Virus record (IMG/VR): IMGVR_UViG_3300027721_000016
Location: 1 to 61,387 of that record
From: a virus
Lineage: Duplodnaviria > Caudoviricetes
Strand: one strand, 5' to 3'
Length of the DNA stretch: 61,387 bases
A program made the translations under genes and the position numbers. Below, in pieces: positions 9,644 through 20,306 of this stretch. Each line of letters begins with the position of its first letter. Within the stretch, counting starts at the first letter, position 1. The notes beneath the pieces were generated by a model. The model had not been told where the DNA came from and did not search any database. It worked only from the letters and a program-made list of their open reading frames with translations.

Positions 9644-9857
9644 GTACGGCTTCGCATGCGATGATTTCTATGATGGGTTGTCACCTGAAACAAAAATATT
9701 GACTGACCATCATATTTTAAATCGTCTAATTGATGAGGAAAACAAAGCGCAAGAGGTCATGCGAAAAAAACAAAAAGATCAACATGATCATCCTGGCATG
9801 GAGCGGGATGAGTCGATTGATGTTTTTTGGGCCAGGACAGAAAGAGAGGATGATTGA
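9573..9857 (+). CDS. Tail assembly chaperone downstream (frameshift) segment
   Basis: Overlaps the chaperone in the +1 frame, open from 9525; GKSPLQL motif. Confidence 0.55.
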   Translation: MKIMLLFGRVGRVFGKSPLQLAHEYGFACDDFYDGLSPETKILTDHHILNRLIDEENKAQEVMRKKQKDQHDHPGMERDESIDVFWARTEREDD

Positions 9858-9859
9858 GC

Positions 9860-10015
9860 CTATTTAAGCGAGTTTATCCTCATCATCGTGTCGATCATCA
9901 TGCGAATAATGGTTGGTGTTTCAACTCCATTCAATTTTTTGCTCCACGCGTCCATGTATTCCAACTGACTTAAGGTCAATTCGACCTCTATAACATTGGG
10001 GTTATTTTCCACCAT
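9860..10015 (-). CDS. 51-aa RHH-like protein, antisense, leaderless
   Basis: MVENNPNVIEVELTLSQLEYMDAWSKK...TIIRMMID; TATA-like tttata upstream. Confidence 0.5.
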   Translation of the reverse strand: MVENNPNVIEVELTLSQLEYMDAWSKKLNGVETPTIIRMMIDTMMRINSLK

Positions 10016-10053
10016 AATAAGTACTCATCATCATTTCTATAAAGAGGTTTCCC

Positions 10054-13000
10054 ATGTCCGATACAGAACTTATGTACAAGGCCTCTCTGGATGGATCAGG
10101 CTTTGCCAGCGGCGCGGCTCAAATCAATAGTCACCTGCACCAAATGGGCATCAATACGAGTGCTGCCTCCGCGAACCTGGGGGGATTGGGAACTCTGTTA
10201 GGTACGATGGCCAATCCGCTCACCGCAGTTGCGTTGGGCATTACCGCGGTCGGCGGCGCACTTGTGGGATCTGCGCAGGCCGCTGCTGCGTGGGAAAGCA
10301 GCATGACAGGGGTGGCGAAAACTACCGGCTTGGCCGGGCCGGAACTGGAAAAGCTATCCCAAGACCTTTTGCAGATGAGTACCACGGTACCGCTTGCAGC
10401 AAGTGAATTGGCATCCATCGCAGCCGCCGGTGGTTCGTTGGGCATCGCGAAAGATCAATTGGCAGGGTTCACCGAGGTTGCTGCTCAGATGGGAGTGGGC
10501 TTCGAAATGGGGGCCGACCAGGCAGCCACGGCTGGGGCAAAGATTCTCAATGCATTCGGCAAGGAGATGAGTGTCGATAATTTCAGATCGTTGGGGTCAG
10601 TAGTCAATACAATGGGCGATGCATTTGCCGCCACTGAGCCACAGGTTCTTGATTTTCTCAATAGGGCATCATTCCTGAATTCCACAATGGGCCAATCCAT
10701 CCCACAGGTGGCAGCGTTGGGCACAACCCTGATCTCAACCGGCTTAGAGGCTGAGGTCGCTGCAACCGGTATCAAGTCGATGCTCAACATGCTGACTTCG
10801 GAAACATCCAAGACCGGCGGCATGAACAATTGGGCTAAACTGATGGGGACCTCAGTAGAAGAATTGAAAACCATGGTCGCAACCGATCTTAATAGCACCC
10901 TCATTGAAACCGCCAACAAGATAGCCGCTATCGAAGATCCGGTAGAACGATTCCAGGCAGCGGTTCAATCGGCTGGTTCCGAGGGCGCACCGGCATTACT
11001 GAAGCTGGCAGGTCAGCAAGACAATTACGCCAAAGCCCTAGGAATGACGAATTCCGAATGGGAGAAGGCCAACAGCCTCCAGAAAACTTTCGATGCGCAG
11101 GCCGGAACCGTGAACAGCCAATGGACAATGTTCACAAATACACTTCAATTAGCAGCCACCCAATTGGGCACCGGGATGCTCCCTGCGTTGGGTCAGGCGT
11201 TGGGATTCATGACAGATTTGGCGAAAGTCGCCATCAAGGTTGGGGAAACCCTGGCTGACTTGGGCGCAGGGGACGTACTCGACACGATCTGGAAACTCAC
11301 GCCCGCTGGGATGTTAGCCAATTCTGAAACAGCACAAAGTGTATGGGGGGACATCAAGGAGTGGGCCGGAATCGGCACCGAACACGCCGAACAAATGGCA
11401 AAAGAGATAGAAGAAAGCGACAAGCTGCAAAAAGCAGGAGCCGAAGGTCTACAGGCCGGTATAGACGCCGGTGTCCTGAAAGACCCCGCCAAAAAGGCCG
11501 CACAAGAATTCAGCAAAGAGTTTGTTGCAGAATTCGAACTCGCGCAAGCAGACCGCGAGATAGCCAATATTCTTGCTGATAGCGCAAATGGCATGACTGC
11601 CCAAGACACGGATGAGGCCCTTCGCACTTTCGATTACCTTGGAGAACAGTTCGCTCTGAATATCCGGGCGCATACGGGCGCGGCTATTGGCGACTGGTAT
11701 ACATATTCTCTGAAAGCGGGCGATACCAGCCTCGTGAATGATCAGATCGGCACTGGGTACATTGACCCGTTGGCGGCATTCGAAATGGCCACCGGCCTGC
11801 CAGCACCGGCCAAAGGCACTGAAGCATATTACCGGCTATTGGGGGATAACATCGCCGCCGAAAAAGCGAAGCTGCAAGCACAATTAAAAGATCCGTTTGA
11901 TTACAGCGGCATAGGATCTGATTTGCTGCCCAGGATGGAAAATGAAGGTGCGGTAATTGGCAAGATCGGATCGGACCGGGCAAAAGACGCATACATTGCG
12001 TTCCTTGACAATTTCCGAGAACCGGCGGTCGAAAAACTGAGCGACGTGCTTCATGAGATCGAGGTGTTGGCAACTGAAAGGCCGCTCGCTGCTAGTGAAT
12101 ACCAGCTATTTGGTGAAAATTATAAAGACCGACTGTATGCCAGCATAACCGACATGAAGCCATATCTTAAAGGACTTTTTGGCGATCTTGGCGAAACTGG
12201 CACTAACGCATTTAGCGACCGTTTCTTCTCGGATGCCGAAAAACAAGACCTGCTTGGTATGAAACCATGGCTGGAATACTTGCAACAGAAATCACCAGAA
12301 GAGTTCGCTAAGGCCGGCGGAGATAGCTGGCTCAAATTCATTGACGCGATCGAGGCTGGCGCCTCATCGGCGGAACTGGAAAAGATGTTTGGTGATATGG
12401 GTGTAAAATCTGGTAAAGCCTTCACGGACGCGATAACCGGCGCCACCTTGGGCATGGGTGAAACCAGGACGCTCGTAGACATCCTGGGGGGGGATAGGTC
12501 AGAAATCACCGACCTGATTGAATGGAGAAAGAACACCTTCCAGCCAGCGCTTCAGATGGATTTCGATTTGATCTATAAGCAGGCCCAAAGTTATTATGCA
12601 GATGACGTTGAACTCATGCGCAACTGGTTTGACGAAAAAATTGAGTATGCTGAAAAGTATTCCGATGACTTCGAACAGTGGCAGCTCAATATCTTAGCAA
12701 TGGTCAAATCCAACGACCTAACCGAGATGCAAGCCGCTCAGTTGTGGTCAGGTGCTATCAAGAAATCAGAAGAGAGAATGGAGAAGCTGGCTAAAGATTC
12801 CGGGATGTTCTACGGAGAGCTGATAAATAACCAGGCCAAGTGGGAGGATTTCATCAATTCAGAGGGCGGATTCGTGGGACCAACTGCCTACTATGACGAT
12901 TACCGAGAAGCCACGGACCCAAACAAGCTGGTATCTCAGAAGATCAACGAGAAATATGGCATAGCCACATCAGGAAGCAATAGCATAGATTATACTTTGA

Positions 13001-13821
13001 ATATCGATACGACCACAACAGACTTCGGCCTATTGGCGGTAGACAAAAAGCTTGCGGACATAAAAACTTCTTTGGAAACTCCTTACAAGTTCGATCTTGA
13101 GTTCAATAAAGAAGAAATGGAAATCCTCAAAGACATGGAGGATTTCGTAACCAAGACCGGGAAGTATGACAACAAAAAGATACTGCTTGACACCGGGAAT
13201 CCAGATGAACCGGCATCGGACATCGGTGAGAGGTGGACTACCACACCGGCTGCAAAACCGTTCGTAATCACGGTGGATGATGCCATACTCGCTCTGGAAC
13301 GGGTGGATAAAGCTGCAATGCGTCCCGTAACAAAGCCTCTGAAAATAGACGATCTGGCTGCGATTGAGTCAATAAACCGGATTAACACTCTGGCAGCAGT
13401 GCCCGTATATAAAACGATCTATATAAACGAAGTCTCATCTGGATCTTACTCGGCGTCCTCTAGTGTCCAATCATCTGGGTACGATTGGAGCCAGAACCAA
13501 TTCCCGACCCTGTACGCAGGAGGCGGCTATGTGGATCGCCCAACGCTTGGTATCTTCGGAGAGGCTGGCGGCGAGTTCTTGGTCCCCGAGCACGACATGG
13601 CCTCACTGATCGAGTCCCTGACATCCAGAGCAAACGTGAACGTAGGCACGACCATAGACGACTCGGGAATCTCTGAGCAGCTATCAAGTGCTATCAGCAA
13701 GATAACGGTGCCACCGATCATGGTGCCAATTCAAGTAGAAGTAGACTCGGCACAGATCCAAGAAGCCGTCTCAAAAGCCATTGCGGTAGAGCTGTCTGGT
13801 GTCAGGGCAAGGAGGAGATAA
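10054..13821 (+). CDS. Tail tape measure protein (TP901-type N-terminal domain)
   Basis: 1255 aa, Ala/Gly-rich; WESSMTGVAKTTG; C-terminal YAGGGYV..PTL..FGEAGGE. Confidence 0.92.
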   Translation: MSDTELMYKASLDGSGFASGAAQINSHLHQMGINTSAASANLGGLGTLLGTMANPLTAVALGITAVGGALVGSAQAAAAWESSMTGVAKTTGLAGPELEKLSQDLLQMSTTVPLAASELASIAAAGGSLGIAKDQLAGFTEVAAQMGVGFEMGADQAATAGAKILNAFGKEMSVDNFRSLGSVVNTMGDAFAATEPQVLDFLNRASFLNSTMGQSIPQVAALGTTLISTGLEAEVAATGIKSMLNMLTSETSKTGGMNNWAKLMGTSVEELKTMVATDLNSTLIETANKIAAIEDPVERFQAAVQSAGSEGAPALLKLAGQQDNYAKALGMTNSEWEKANSLQKTFDAQAGTVNSQWTMFTNTLQLAATQLGTGMLPALGQALGFMTDLAKVAIKVGETLADLGAGDVLDTIWKLTPAGMLANSETAQSVWGDIKEWAGIGTEHAEQMAKEIEESDKLQKAGAEGLQAGIDAGVLKDPAKKAAQEFSKEFVAEFELAQADREIANILADSANGMTAQDTDEALRTFDYLGEQFALNIRAHTGAAIGDWYTYSLKAGDTSLVNDQIGTGYIDPLAAFEMATGLPAPAKGTEAYYRLLGDNIAAEKAKLQAQLKDPFDYSGIGSDLLPRMENEGAVIGKIGSDRAKDAYIAFLDNFREPAVEKLSDVLHEIEVLATERPLAASEYQLFGENYKDRLYASITDMKPYLKGLFGDLGETGTNAFSDRFFSDAEKQDLLGMKPWLEYLQQKSPEEFAKAGGDSWLKFIDAIEAGASSAELEKMFGDMGVKSGKAFTDAITGATLGMGETRTLVDILGGDRSEITDLIEWRKNTFQPALQMDFDLIYKQAQSYYADDVELMRNWFDEKIEYAEKYSDDFEQWQLNILAMVKSNDLTEMQAAQLWSGAIKKSEERMEKLAKDSGMFYGELINNQAKWEDFINSEGGFVGPTAYYDDYREATDPNKLVSQKINEKYGIATSGSNSIDYTLNIDTTTTDFGLLAVDKKLADIKTSLETPYKFDLEFNKEEMEILKDMEDFVTKTGKYDNKKILLDTGNPDEPASDIGERWTTTPAAKPFVITVDDAILALERVDKAAMRPVTKPLKIDDLAAIESINRINTLAAVPVYKTIYINEVSSGSYSASSSVQSSGYDWSQNQFPTLYAGGGYVDRPTLGIFGEAGGEFLVPEHDMASLIESLTSRANVNVGTTIDDSGISEQLSSAISKITVPPIMVPIQVEVDSAQIQEAVSKAIAVELSGVRARRR

Positions 13822-16487
13822 TGGACGATGGCATCTATCAGGTAGTCCGGGCACCGTATGCCATAGCCGATTATGGGCCAGAACTGGTGCTGGAGGATGC
13901 CCCCATGGGAGTCACTGTTCGTACCTTCGATGCCGGATTTAGCACAGGATCGGTTTGGAGGGACCAGCGGCACGGCATGAACTTTGAGGTGCATCCTCCC
14001 AAAAATAGCAGGATCAATAAAATAGATGTCTATGTAGACTTCTATGGAAAGGATGGGGTGTTTTGGGGAAATCCCTCGGTGTACCCGAACCACAGCACCG
14101 ACTGGATTTTCTTCGCTCACGACTCTCTGGAAGGGAACTATTGGCCATGGTTAGGAGAGCCGGAAAGCACGTTATGGGGTATCACATGGTATCACCCACT
14201 AACTCCTCCGACTGGCTGCCTATTAACTCCGTTCGTCTGCGTGGATGGGGTCTTTTATTTCGGCTCGGCAACATCCCTTGGAAACGACTACACGACGAAA
14301 ATCAGCATATCATACTCATGGGCCCTTAATCCGGCCACGGGCGGTGCCTGGGAGCTTACGCCAACCTCGGACATTTTCTATGGGGTCAAAGTAACCACAC
14401 CGGACACATATACATGCGGGACGTACAGGATAGACAAATGCTATGCCAAGATCTATTACAATGAGCCGATAGCAGCAAGCAGCGTTTCATATAAGAAAAT
14501 AAACGCGATCCCAGACACCGAAGTTCTAACCCAGTACACCCAGGCACCAATCAAGGCAGATAACCTCAATTTCAGATTGCCGTACAGGAACTTCATACCA
14601 GACAGGACAGAATTAGCGTTAATCAAGAACGGCGTCCTGGTCTGGATGGGGCTATCATGGAATTCAAATGAGGTTCATGGCCAGGAAGTCGAAGTCTTGG
14701 CAAAATCCCAGCAGATTCTCTTAGATTACCGGCTGTTGGGGATGGAATATCTACAGTATCCGGCCACCCGCACTATAGACGACATGCTGTCAGATGACAC
14801 GCCGTTATTTATTCCTCCGGACCCCGGGCAAAGCGTTTGGTACTATTACGCCCCGTATAATTTTAGCTATCGTTATCTTGAGCGGACAATAACAGATGTA
14901 TATAATATTGGCTTTTTCTATTATCTCAATTCCTGGAAAGGCTCGTATGGTGTGAATTGGGATGCTATTAATCCGGCAATATTTTTGGCCGAGCCGTATT
15001 ACATGACTGAGTATAACACCTGGCCATTGAGCATTCTCGAAGACCACGAAGTCGATACTTTCATCCGGCCAGGCACAAACGACCTGGGCACCTATCATTT
15101 CACCACGCCGCCCGATCTGAAGGGCATGGCGTCAACAGTATTCAGTGACCTTTTCTCAAAGCTTGGTCAAGAAGTCCGATATAGGTATGAGATGGACGGG
15201 AATGTCTATCAGGACGCAGCGATAGAAATAGCGTCAGGATCGGCCACAAACCCGCTCATGTCGTTTGTCGATGGCCAGGATAACTGCCGGATAATCAAGA
15301 AGATCCCAAGCGACCCCGCGCCCTCGGCTGCCATTGGATTGGGAAACAACCCGAAAGTATCAACCCTCTGGAAGAAGGCGACAACCTGGTTTTCCAAAGT
15401 CTTCAGCACCTCCAGAACCGGCCCAGAACTGCAGGAATATCTCGATGTTCAGTTGGATGAGGATGCCATCACCTACGAAATCGAAACTCAAACAGCTATC
15501 TGGCATCTCAGGACAGGAGACTATATTTCAGTAGAGGTACCAGACGAAGGTGCTAAGGTGGTTCGCATAAGGCAGATCACTACAAGTCACGCGCGAACGA
15601 CGATAACGGCGGGCAAGCGGCTAACCGGACTCAATGAGCAGTTTGGCGTCTTCCGAGACGCAAGATATGCAAGCCACACGAAAACTCCGGTCCTGAAAAC
15701 CAGCATCGCCACAAGCAATGAACTGGCAACAAGCACTGCTTTTACGGTGACTTCTGTCAACTTGTCGGCGGGTGGATGGCAATGCGCCGCAAAAATCGAC
15801 TGGGGGTTCGTCATTGTCCCGATAGTCTACGGAAGCGACCGGGGAGAGGCATCTGATTATGCAGCAATTTATAAGCCAAACTCCAATCCGGTTGTTATAC
15901 ATGCTTATATCCAGGTAGCAGGCAATTTTTCGGACTATGGGCACCATGTTTATCAGTTTTATATAACAAGAAACATGACGGCATACAGGGACGTTCCAGG
16001 TGGGACGCCGCTCATAGTGACAATCGGGCAATTTAAGTGGAGAAAAGACAGTGGTGCGTGGAGTGAAGATACGGATGGATATGATATCTGGCATGAAACC
16101 ACGGAGTTCAATATAAACATGGGAGATGGCTTGGAGGGGCGGGTCATATTCAGTTGTGAGGTTCCAAACTTTCTCACTCAAGGAAGTACAAATGTCATAG
16201 GCAAGTCTGCGTATGTTTATGTCTGCCAAACCATAGATCTTTCGGAAATTGGCAAGGTGCTCATCTTGAAATTGGACGGCAAGGCCATCCCACCTGGCAG
16301 GTTCTTAGCGTTGGGCAATTCCGGGTCAATGGAAGTAGATATAACAGAATTTTGTGACGTGGCTGGGACATACACCCTGACGACTTCCCTGACCAATGGG
16401 CAGCCAAAATCAACGTCAAAAAATTTCTATCACACCTTGGGGGGAAGCATTGTGCAGTCTAAGTATGTTATCCCGTTGGAGGCCTGA
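13821..16487 (+). CDS. Tail tip / baseplate hub-like protein
   Basis: Follows the tape measure gene; LRTGDYISV motif; paralog of 16488. Confidence 0.65.
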   Translation: MDDGIYQVVRAPYAIADYGPELVLEDAPMGVTVRTFDAGFSTGSVWRDQRHGMNFEVHPPKNSRINKIDVYVDFYGKDGVFWGNPSVYPNHSTDWIFFAHDSLEGNYWPWLGEPESTLWGITWYHPLTPPTGCLLTPFVCVDGVFYFGSATSLGNDYTTKISISYSWALNPATGGAWELTPTSDIFYGVKVTTPDTYTCGTYRIDKCYAKIYYNEPIAASSVSYKKINAIPDTEVLTQYTQAPIKADNLNFRLPYRNFIPDRTELALIKNGVLVWMGLSWNSNEVHGQEVEVLAKSQQILLDYRLLGMEYLQYPATRTIDDMLSDDTPLFIPPDPGQSVWYYYAPYNFSYRYLERTITDVYNIGFFYYLNSWKGSYGVNWDAINPAIFLAEPYYMTEYNTWPLSILEDHEVDTFIRPGTNDLGTYHFTTPPDLKGMASTVFSDLFSKLGQEVRYRYEMDGNVYQDAAIEIASGSATNPLMSFVDGQDNCRIIKKIPSDPAPSAAIGLGNNPKVSTLWKKATTWFSKVFSTSRTGPELQEYLDVQLDEDAITYEIETQTAIWHLRTGDYISVEVPDEGAKVVRIRQITTSHARTTITAGKRLTGLNEQFGVFRDARYASHTKTPVLKTSIATSNELATSTAFTVTSVNLSAGGWQCAAKIDWGFVIVPIVYGSDRGEASDYAAIYKPNSNPVVIHAYIQVAGNFSDYGHHVYQFYITRNMTAYRDVPGGTPLIVTIGQFKWRKDSGAWSEDTDGYDIWHETTEFNINMGDGLEGRVIFSCEVPNFLTQGSTNVIGKSAYVYVCQTIDLSEIGKVLILKLDGKAIPPGRFLALGNSGSMEVDITEFCDVAGTYTLTTSLTNGQPKSTSKNFYHTLGGSIVQSKYVIPLEA

Positions 16488-18134
16488 ATGCTAGACACCG
16501 GATTCTATTTTTATGATGGCACGAAATACGAGAAATTTGCCGCTCAGTTGCAGGAGTTAAAGCAGTGCATCCAGACACCGATTCAAGCAGATGAGCTGGT
16601 TGTAACGGTGGATGCCAGCACCCCTCGGCCACCGTTCAAAGAGGTTATTTTTGTCGTTGATGGCACGCATATTTTCCATGGTATCATCACGAAGATAGAG
16701 GACTTTGGCAACAGTTATGATCTAACCTGCAAAAGTATGCAGTATCTCCTCGATTACAGGATCATTCCAGAAAATATATATCATGATGTGGATATAGATA
16801 CTATTCTATCTTCTGATATCCCAGAGACCGTAATGGGCGTCGTTTTCCTGGTCAACGCTTTCATTCCGAACGGCAAATGGGTCTACCATAGTGCCACGGT
16901 CAGCAAGCTATTGGGCGGCGGGCTGAAGTCGTGCTTCGGCACGCTCCCTCTTTATGCCTCGACGAGTTATCCAAATGCTGGGTCAATAGACTCCTGTGAT
17001 GGAATAGCGACGCTGGCAGACGCCGGAGCCGTGCCTACCTCGGCAAACAAGTATTACCGGACGGTGGACGATCTCTATATCCGGTTCGGTGATGGGTCAT
17101 ACAGAGAGAATGCCTATCTGGTGGCCGCGCATAGGTGGGCCGATACCAGGATAAGATATCATTCATGTGACATAGGAACCTACCAGAGCCCGGCAGACTT
17201 CTCTCTAGTCGGCCAGGCATCGATGGTTTTGGACGACTTTGCTCAGAAGCTGGGCCGGGAAGTCGAGTTCTTGCCGTGGCATGACGGAACATTGCGGTAC
17301 ATCTTGGCCTCCGAAGTTCCGGGCAGGAGCAGCGAAAGTAATCCTGTTAGGACCTACCGGGACGGCGAGAATGATGCAAGGATAGTCATAAATGATCAGG
17401 ATATCCCAGACGTGCAGGCAGCCATAAGCTACAGCTCCAAGCCAGACGAAATCCCGCAGATAGTGACGGAATGGAGCCCATGCGGCGTGCAGCTTATGAA
17501 GGGCTACGAGAATCCAGGCTCACCAAAAGAAGATGTTCTGATCTCCCTGCAATCGATCATAGCAAACAACGAAGACACTGCGAAAGTAGTAACCAAGAAC
17601 GTGGATTATTATCTCAGGCCGGGTGATTGGGTCGGACTCTATAGAGAGGATAAAGGATCGTTCGCGTTAAGGATCAAAGAGAAAACAATAACCAACGGAT
17701 CAATGACATTATCCATGGGCAAAAGGATAGTGGCACCATCAACCGTCTTCGGCTCATATCTCCGGGGAGAAATAGTAGATATGGACATGCCAAGGGCTAT
17801 CACACAACTCTACGAAAGCGGGGAAACCTTCACGGTTTCTTCAGATAATTATGCTCTTGGTGGCCTGAAAGTATATTATGAAGAGACTCTTTCAATTCTC
17901 GCAGGAGTGGCAGTTTCTCCCATATCATTTTTGGTACTGAAGATAAACGGGGATGTCATAGCACCGGGCAGGATAAAGCTGTCTAGTAGCTCAACGAGCA
18001 TAAAACTCGATATTACCGATTGGTGTACCATGCCAGGAACTAATACAGTAGATGCAGACCTATATGCAACCGGATGGGCACGTGGGAACCGATACGTCAA
18101 GCAATACCTGGGAGTCCAATTCTTTGCACCCTGA
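16488..18134 (+). CDS. Tail tip protein, paralog of 13821..16487
   Basis: Shared blocks LLDYR, KLG.EV, LR.GD, LK..G..I.PGR, DIT..C. Confidence 0.65.
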   Translation: MLDTGFYFYDGTKYEKFAAQLQELKQCIQTPIQADELVVTVDASTPRPPFKEVIFVVDGTHIFHGIITKIEDFGNSYDLTCKSMQYLLDYRIIPENIYHDVDIDTILSSDIPETVMGVVFLVNAFIPNGKWVYHSATVSKLLGGGLKSCFGTLPLYASTSYPNAGSIDSCDGIATLADAGAVPTSANKYYRTVDDLYIRFGDGSYRENAYLVAAHRWADTRIRYHSCDIGTYQSPADFSLVGQASMVLDDFAQKLGREVEFLPWHDGTLRYILASEVPGRSSESNPVRTYRDGENDARIVINDQDIPDVQAAISYSSKPDEIPQIVTEWSPCGVQLMKGYENPGSPKEDVLISLQSIIANNEDTAKVVTKNVDYYLRPGDWVGLYREDKGSFALRIKEKTITNGSMTLSMGKRIVAPSTVFGSYLRGEIVDMDMPRAITQLYESGETFTVSSDNYALGGLKVYYEETLSILAGVAVSPISFLVLKINGDVIAPGRIKLSSSSTSIKLDITDWCTMPGTNTVDADLYATGWARGNRYVKQYLGVQFFAP

Positions 18135-18196
18135 AGGTAGTCTATGCAAAAATATAAAGCAGATACATTGAGAACAGACGACATGAGGTACGTAGA

Positions 18197-19987
18197 ATGA
18201 GTCAGACTATCCAGTTGGGGACGATGAGCCTATTTGGCGATGCCTACGGCCCGTTTACGCTGTCTGGGGGGTATTTCGAGGTCAAGCAAGTCGGGGCCAC
18301 CTCGCTCAGGACCGGCGCGTGCAAGGGCGATCCAAAGGGGTCGTCAGTCAAATTGGCCGTAGTGTTTGCGTCGGCGGCAGAAGCATCTGCTTTTCTGGCT
18401 TATATCGCCCCATTCGATCCGGATGACCCCAATTTTTCGGAAGAAGATGGCGCCAACATACCGCTATACATCCGAGACGCGGATTGGCATTATAATGTTT
18501 ATGCAGTTGTAGCCAGGCCGGAACCAATATCACGCAATCCGATGGACTATATACAATATAGCTACGAGGTCGTCTGCTATCTATATTCACCCTACAGCGA
18601 GGCAGCAACGCCGCAGACATTTGCACCGGCCTTGACGAAAATCAGAGTAACCGCAAACGGCACGCTTTACGCTCTCGATGCAAACGGTATAGTGCATACA
18701 TATTCGGCGGGATGGGCTCCATTAACAGGAGAACAGCCAGCTGCATTCATTCAGATTACCGCAAATAATAGCTCTCTGTTGGCCATCACGGCGGCGGGAG
18801 CGGCGTATAGCTATTCCGCTGGCACGTGGTCAGCCGCGTTGGGAGGCGCGACTGGTCTAAAGGACATTTCAATAGCATCGGATGGGACGATTTACGCCAC
18901 CGATTCATCAAACAAGCTGCGACGGTGGAATGGTGCGACCTTAGACGATCTGACGGGGGAATGTTATCAGATTGCTGCAATTGATTCGACACATTGTTAT
19001 GTCCGGGGAGGAGATTATAACCTGTGGCGGAATAATGGCACTTCGGGCGATTGGACCCAAATAACGACATCAGCAGACACGCATGGCATACAGGTTGCAA
19101 GCGATGCAGCCGTGTATGGTATATCCACAACAGATAACGCCGTGAAGCTGTCAGGTTCGACTTGGGTCAGCCTCGCGAAAACCGTCATATCGGCGTCTCC
19201 GAAATCGTCAACAGAAGCGTACTATATCGCAAGCGACGGTAGCGCCTGGAAGTACGCCACGACATGGAGTCAGCCAATGGGGTCCCCGTCACTCGATAAT
19301 TCGGACGGCCATATATCAAGTTCGCCAGATGTTGAAATTACTTGCGGCTACCTGAGTGGCAATGCAGAAGATGTAACCGTGTCGATCGCCGATGGCCTGA
19401 GCCTGATATTGTGCGATGTGGCACTGAGTGACGAAATTTTGGAGTTAGTAGGCAACGAGAATAAGCTATTCCAGACCTATGAGGATACGATAACTGCGGG
19501 CACCGTATGGGGTCATGATTGGACTGGCGACGGCACGTTTGATACGGATCACATGGAGCTAGACGATGAAGAAGAAGCCTATATCCTACTGAGCGGGCCG
19601 CACCAGATCCGGACGCCGATCAAGATGACGGCAGATCTCTCGCTGGATTCGGGCGGCGCTACCAATGAGGCATATGTGCAGATCAGCCCGGATGGCGTAG
19701 CATGGGAAACGGTGCTTGACCAGGATGATTTTGAGTCCGGGTCGGCAGAATACGCCCTGCAAGGCTCGACGTACATGACGGATTGCTACGTCAGACTCTA
19801 CTGCGCGTCGGGGACATCCGGAAAAAATCTCAATATCGGCGCGATCAAATTCGAGGTCGAGCGATGGATTGAATACGGTGCTGTGCCGGTTGTCGCTGCT
19901 GGGGCGGCAAAGGTCATGACAATATCGGCCACTGGGGGGTCGATCACGGTGATCGGCACTTTTGCGCCACGGCATAAGTTCATCTAA
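18197..19987 (+). CDS. Distal tail / receptor-binding protein with inserted tectonin-like beta-propeller repeats
   Basis: Repeats of type I-S/A-x-A-S-D-G-x-I/V-Y/W with a terminal W in the middle of the protein. Confidence 0.6.
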   Translation: MSQTIQLGTMSLFGDAYGPFTLSGGYFEVKQVGATSLRTGACKGDPKGSSVKLAVVFASAAEASAFLAYIAPFDPDDPNFSEEDGANIPLYIRDADWHYNVYAVVARPEPISRNPMDYIQYSYEVVCYLYSPYSEAATPQTFAPALTKIRVTANGTLYALDANGIVHTYSAGWAPLTGEQPAAFIQITANNSSLLAITAAGAAYSYSAGTWSAALGGATGLKDISIASDGTIYATDSSNKLRRWNGATLDDLTGECYQIAAIDSTHCYVRGGDYNLWRNNGTSGDWTQITTSADTHGIQVASDAAVYGISTTDNAVKLSGSTWVSLAKTVISASPKSSTEAYYIASDGSAWKYATTWSQPMGSPSLDNSDGHISSSPDVEITCGYLSGNAEDVTVSIADGLSLILCDVALSDEILELVGNENKLFQTYEDTITAGTVWGHDWTGDGTFDTDHMELDDEEEAYILLSGPHQIRTPIKMTADLSLDSGGATNEAYVQISPDGVAWETVLDQDDFESGSAEYALQGSTYMTDCYVRLYCASGTSGKNLNIGAIKFEVERWIEYGAVPVVAAGAAKVMTISATGGSITVIGTFAPRHKFI

Positions 19988-20072
19988 GCGACATTTCAAT
20001 CGTATATTTTTTATCGACTTTTTTCCTTATCCAGCGTCAGTTTTAAGTAGTCATGCGGCATACCTCATATCA

Positions 20073-20306
20073 ATGAGACGATCTAAAATGGAAATGAAGA
20101 TAGCTATCTTGCAGGAGCTTTCCAAGAAGGACCACCTGCAAACCCAGCTATCTGATAAGCTGAAAATCAATCCGACTACAACCAAGACATGTCTGCTTGA
20201 GATGCGAAAGGCGGGGCTGCTGTCTAAAGCTGGCTGGATATACAGCATCAGGCAAGATGGTCTGGATTTGGTAGAAAAATTGAGCAATGTGGAGAAATTG
20301 GGATGA
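20073..20306 (+). CDS. Archaeal winged-helix transcription regulator
   Basis: MRRSKMEMKIAILQEL... wHTH pattern; leaderless start after TATA tttaagta. Confidence 0.7.
   Translation: MRRSKMEMKIAILQELSKKDHLQTQLSDKLKINPTTTKTCLLEMRKAGLLSKAGWIYSIRQDGLDLVEKLSNVEKLG

Noticed and set aside
10131-13721. Many antisense and alternative-frame ORFs over the tape measure and other long genes
   Set aside because: Shadow ORFs with no RBS or recognisable motifs
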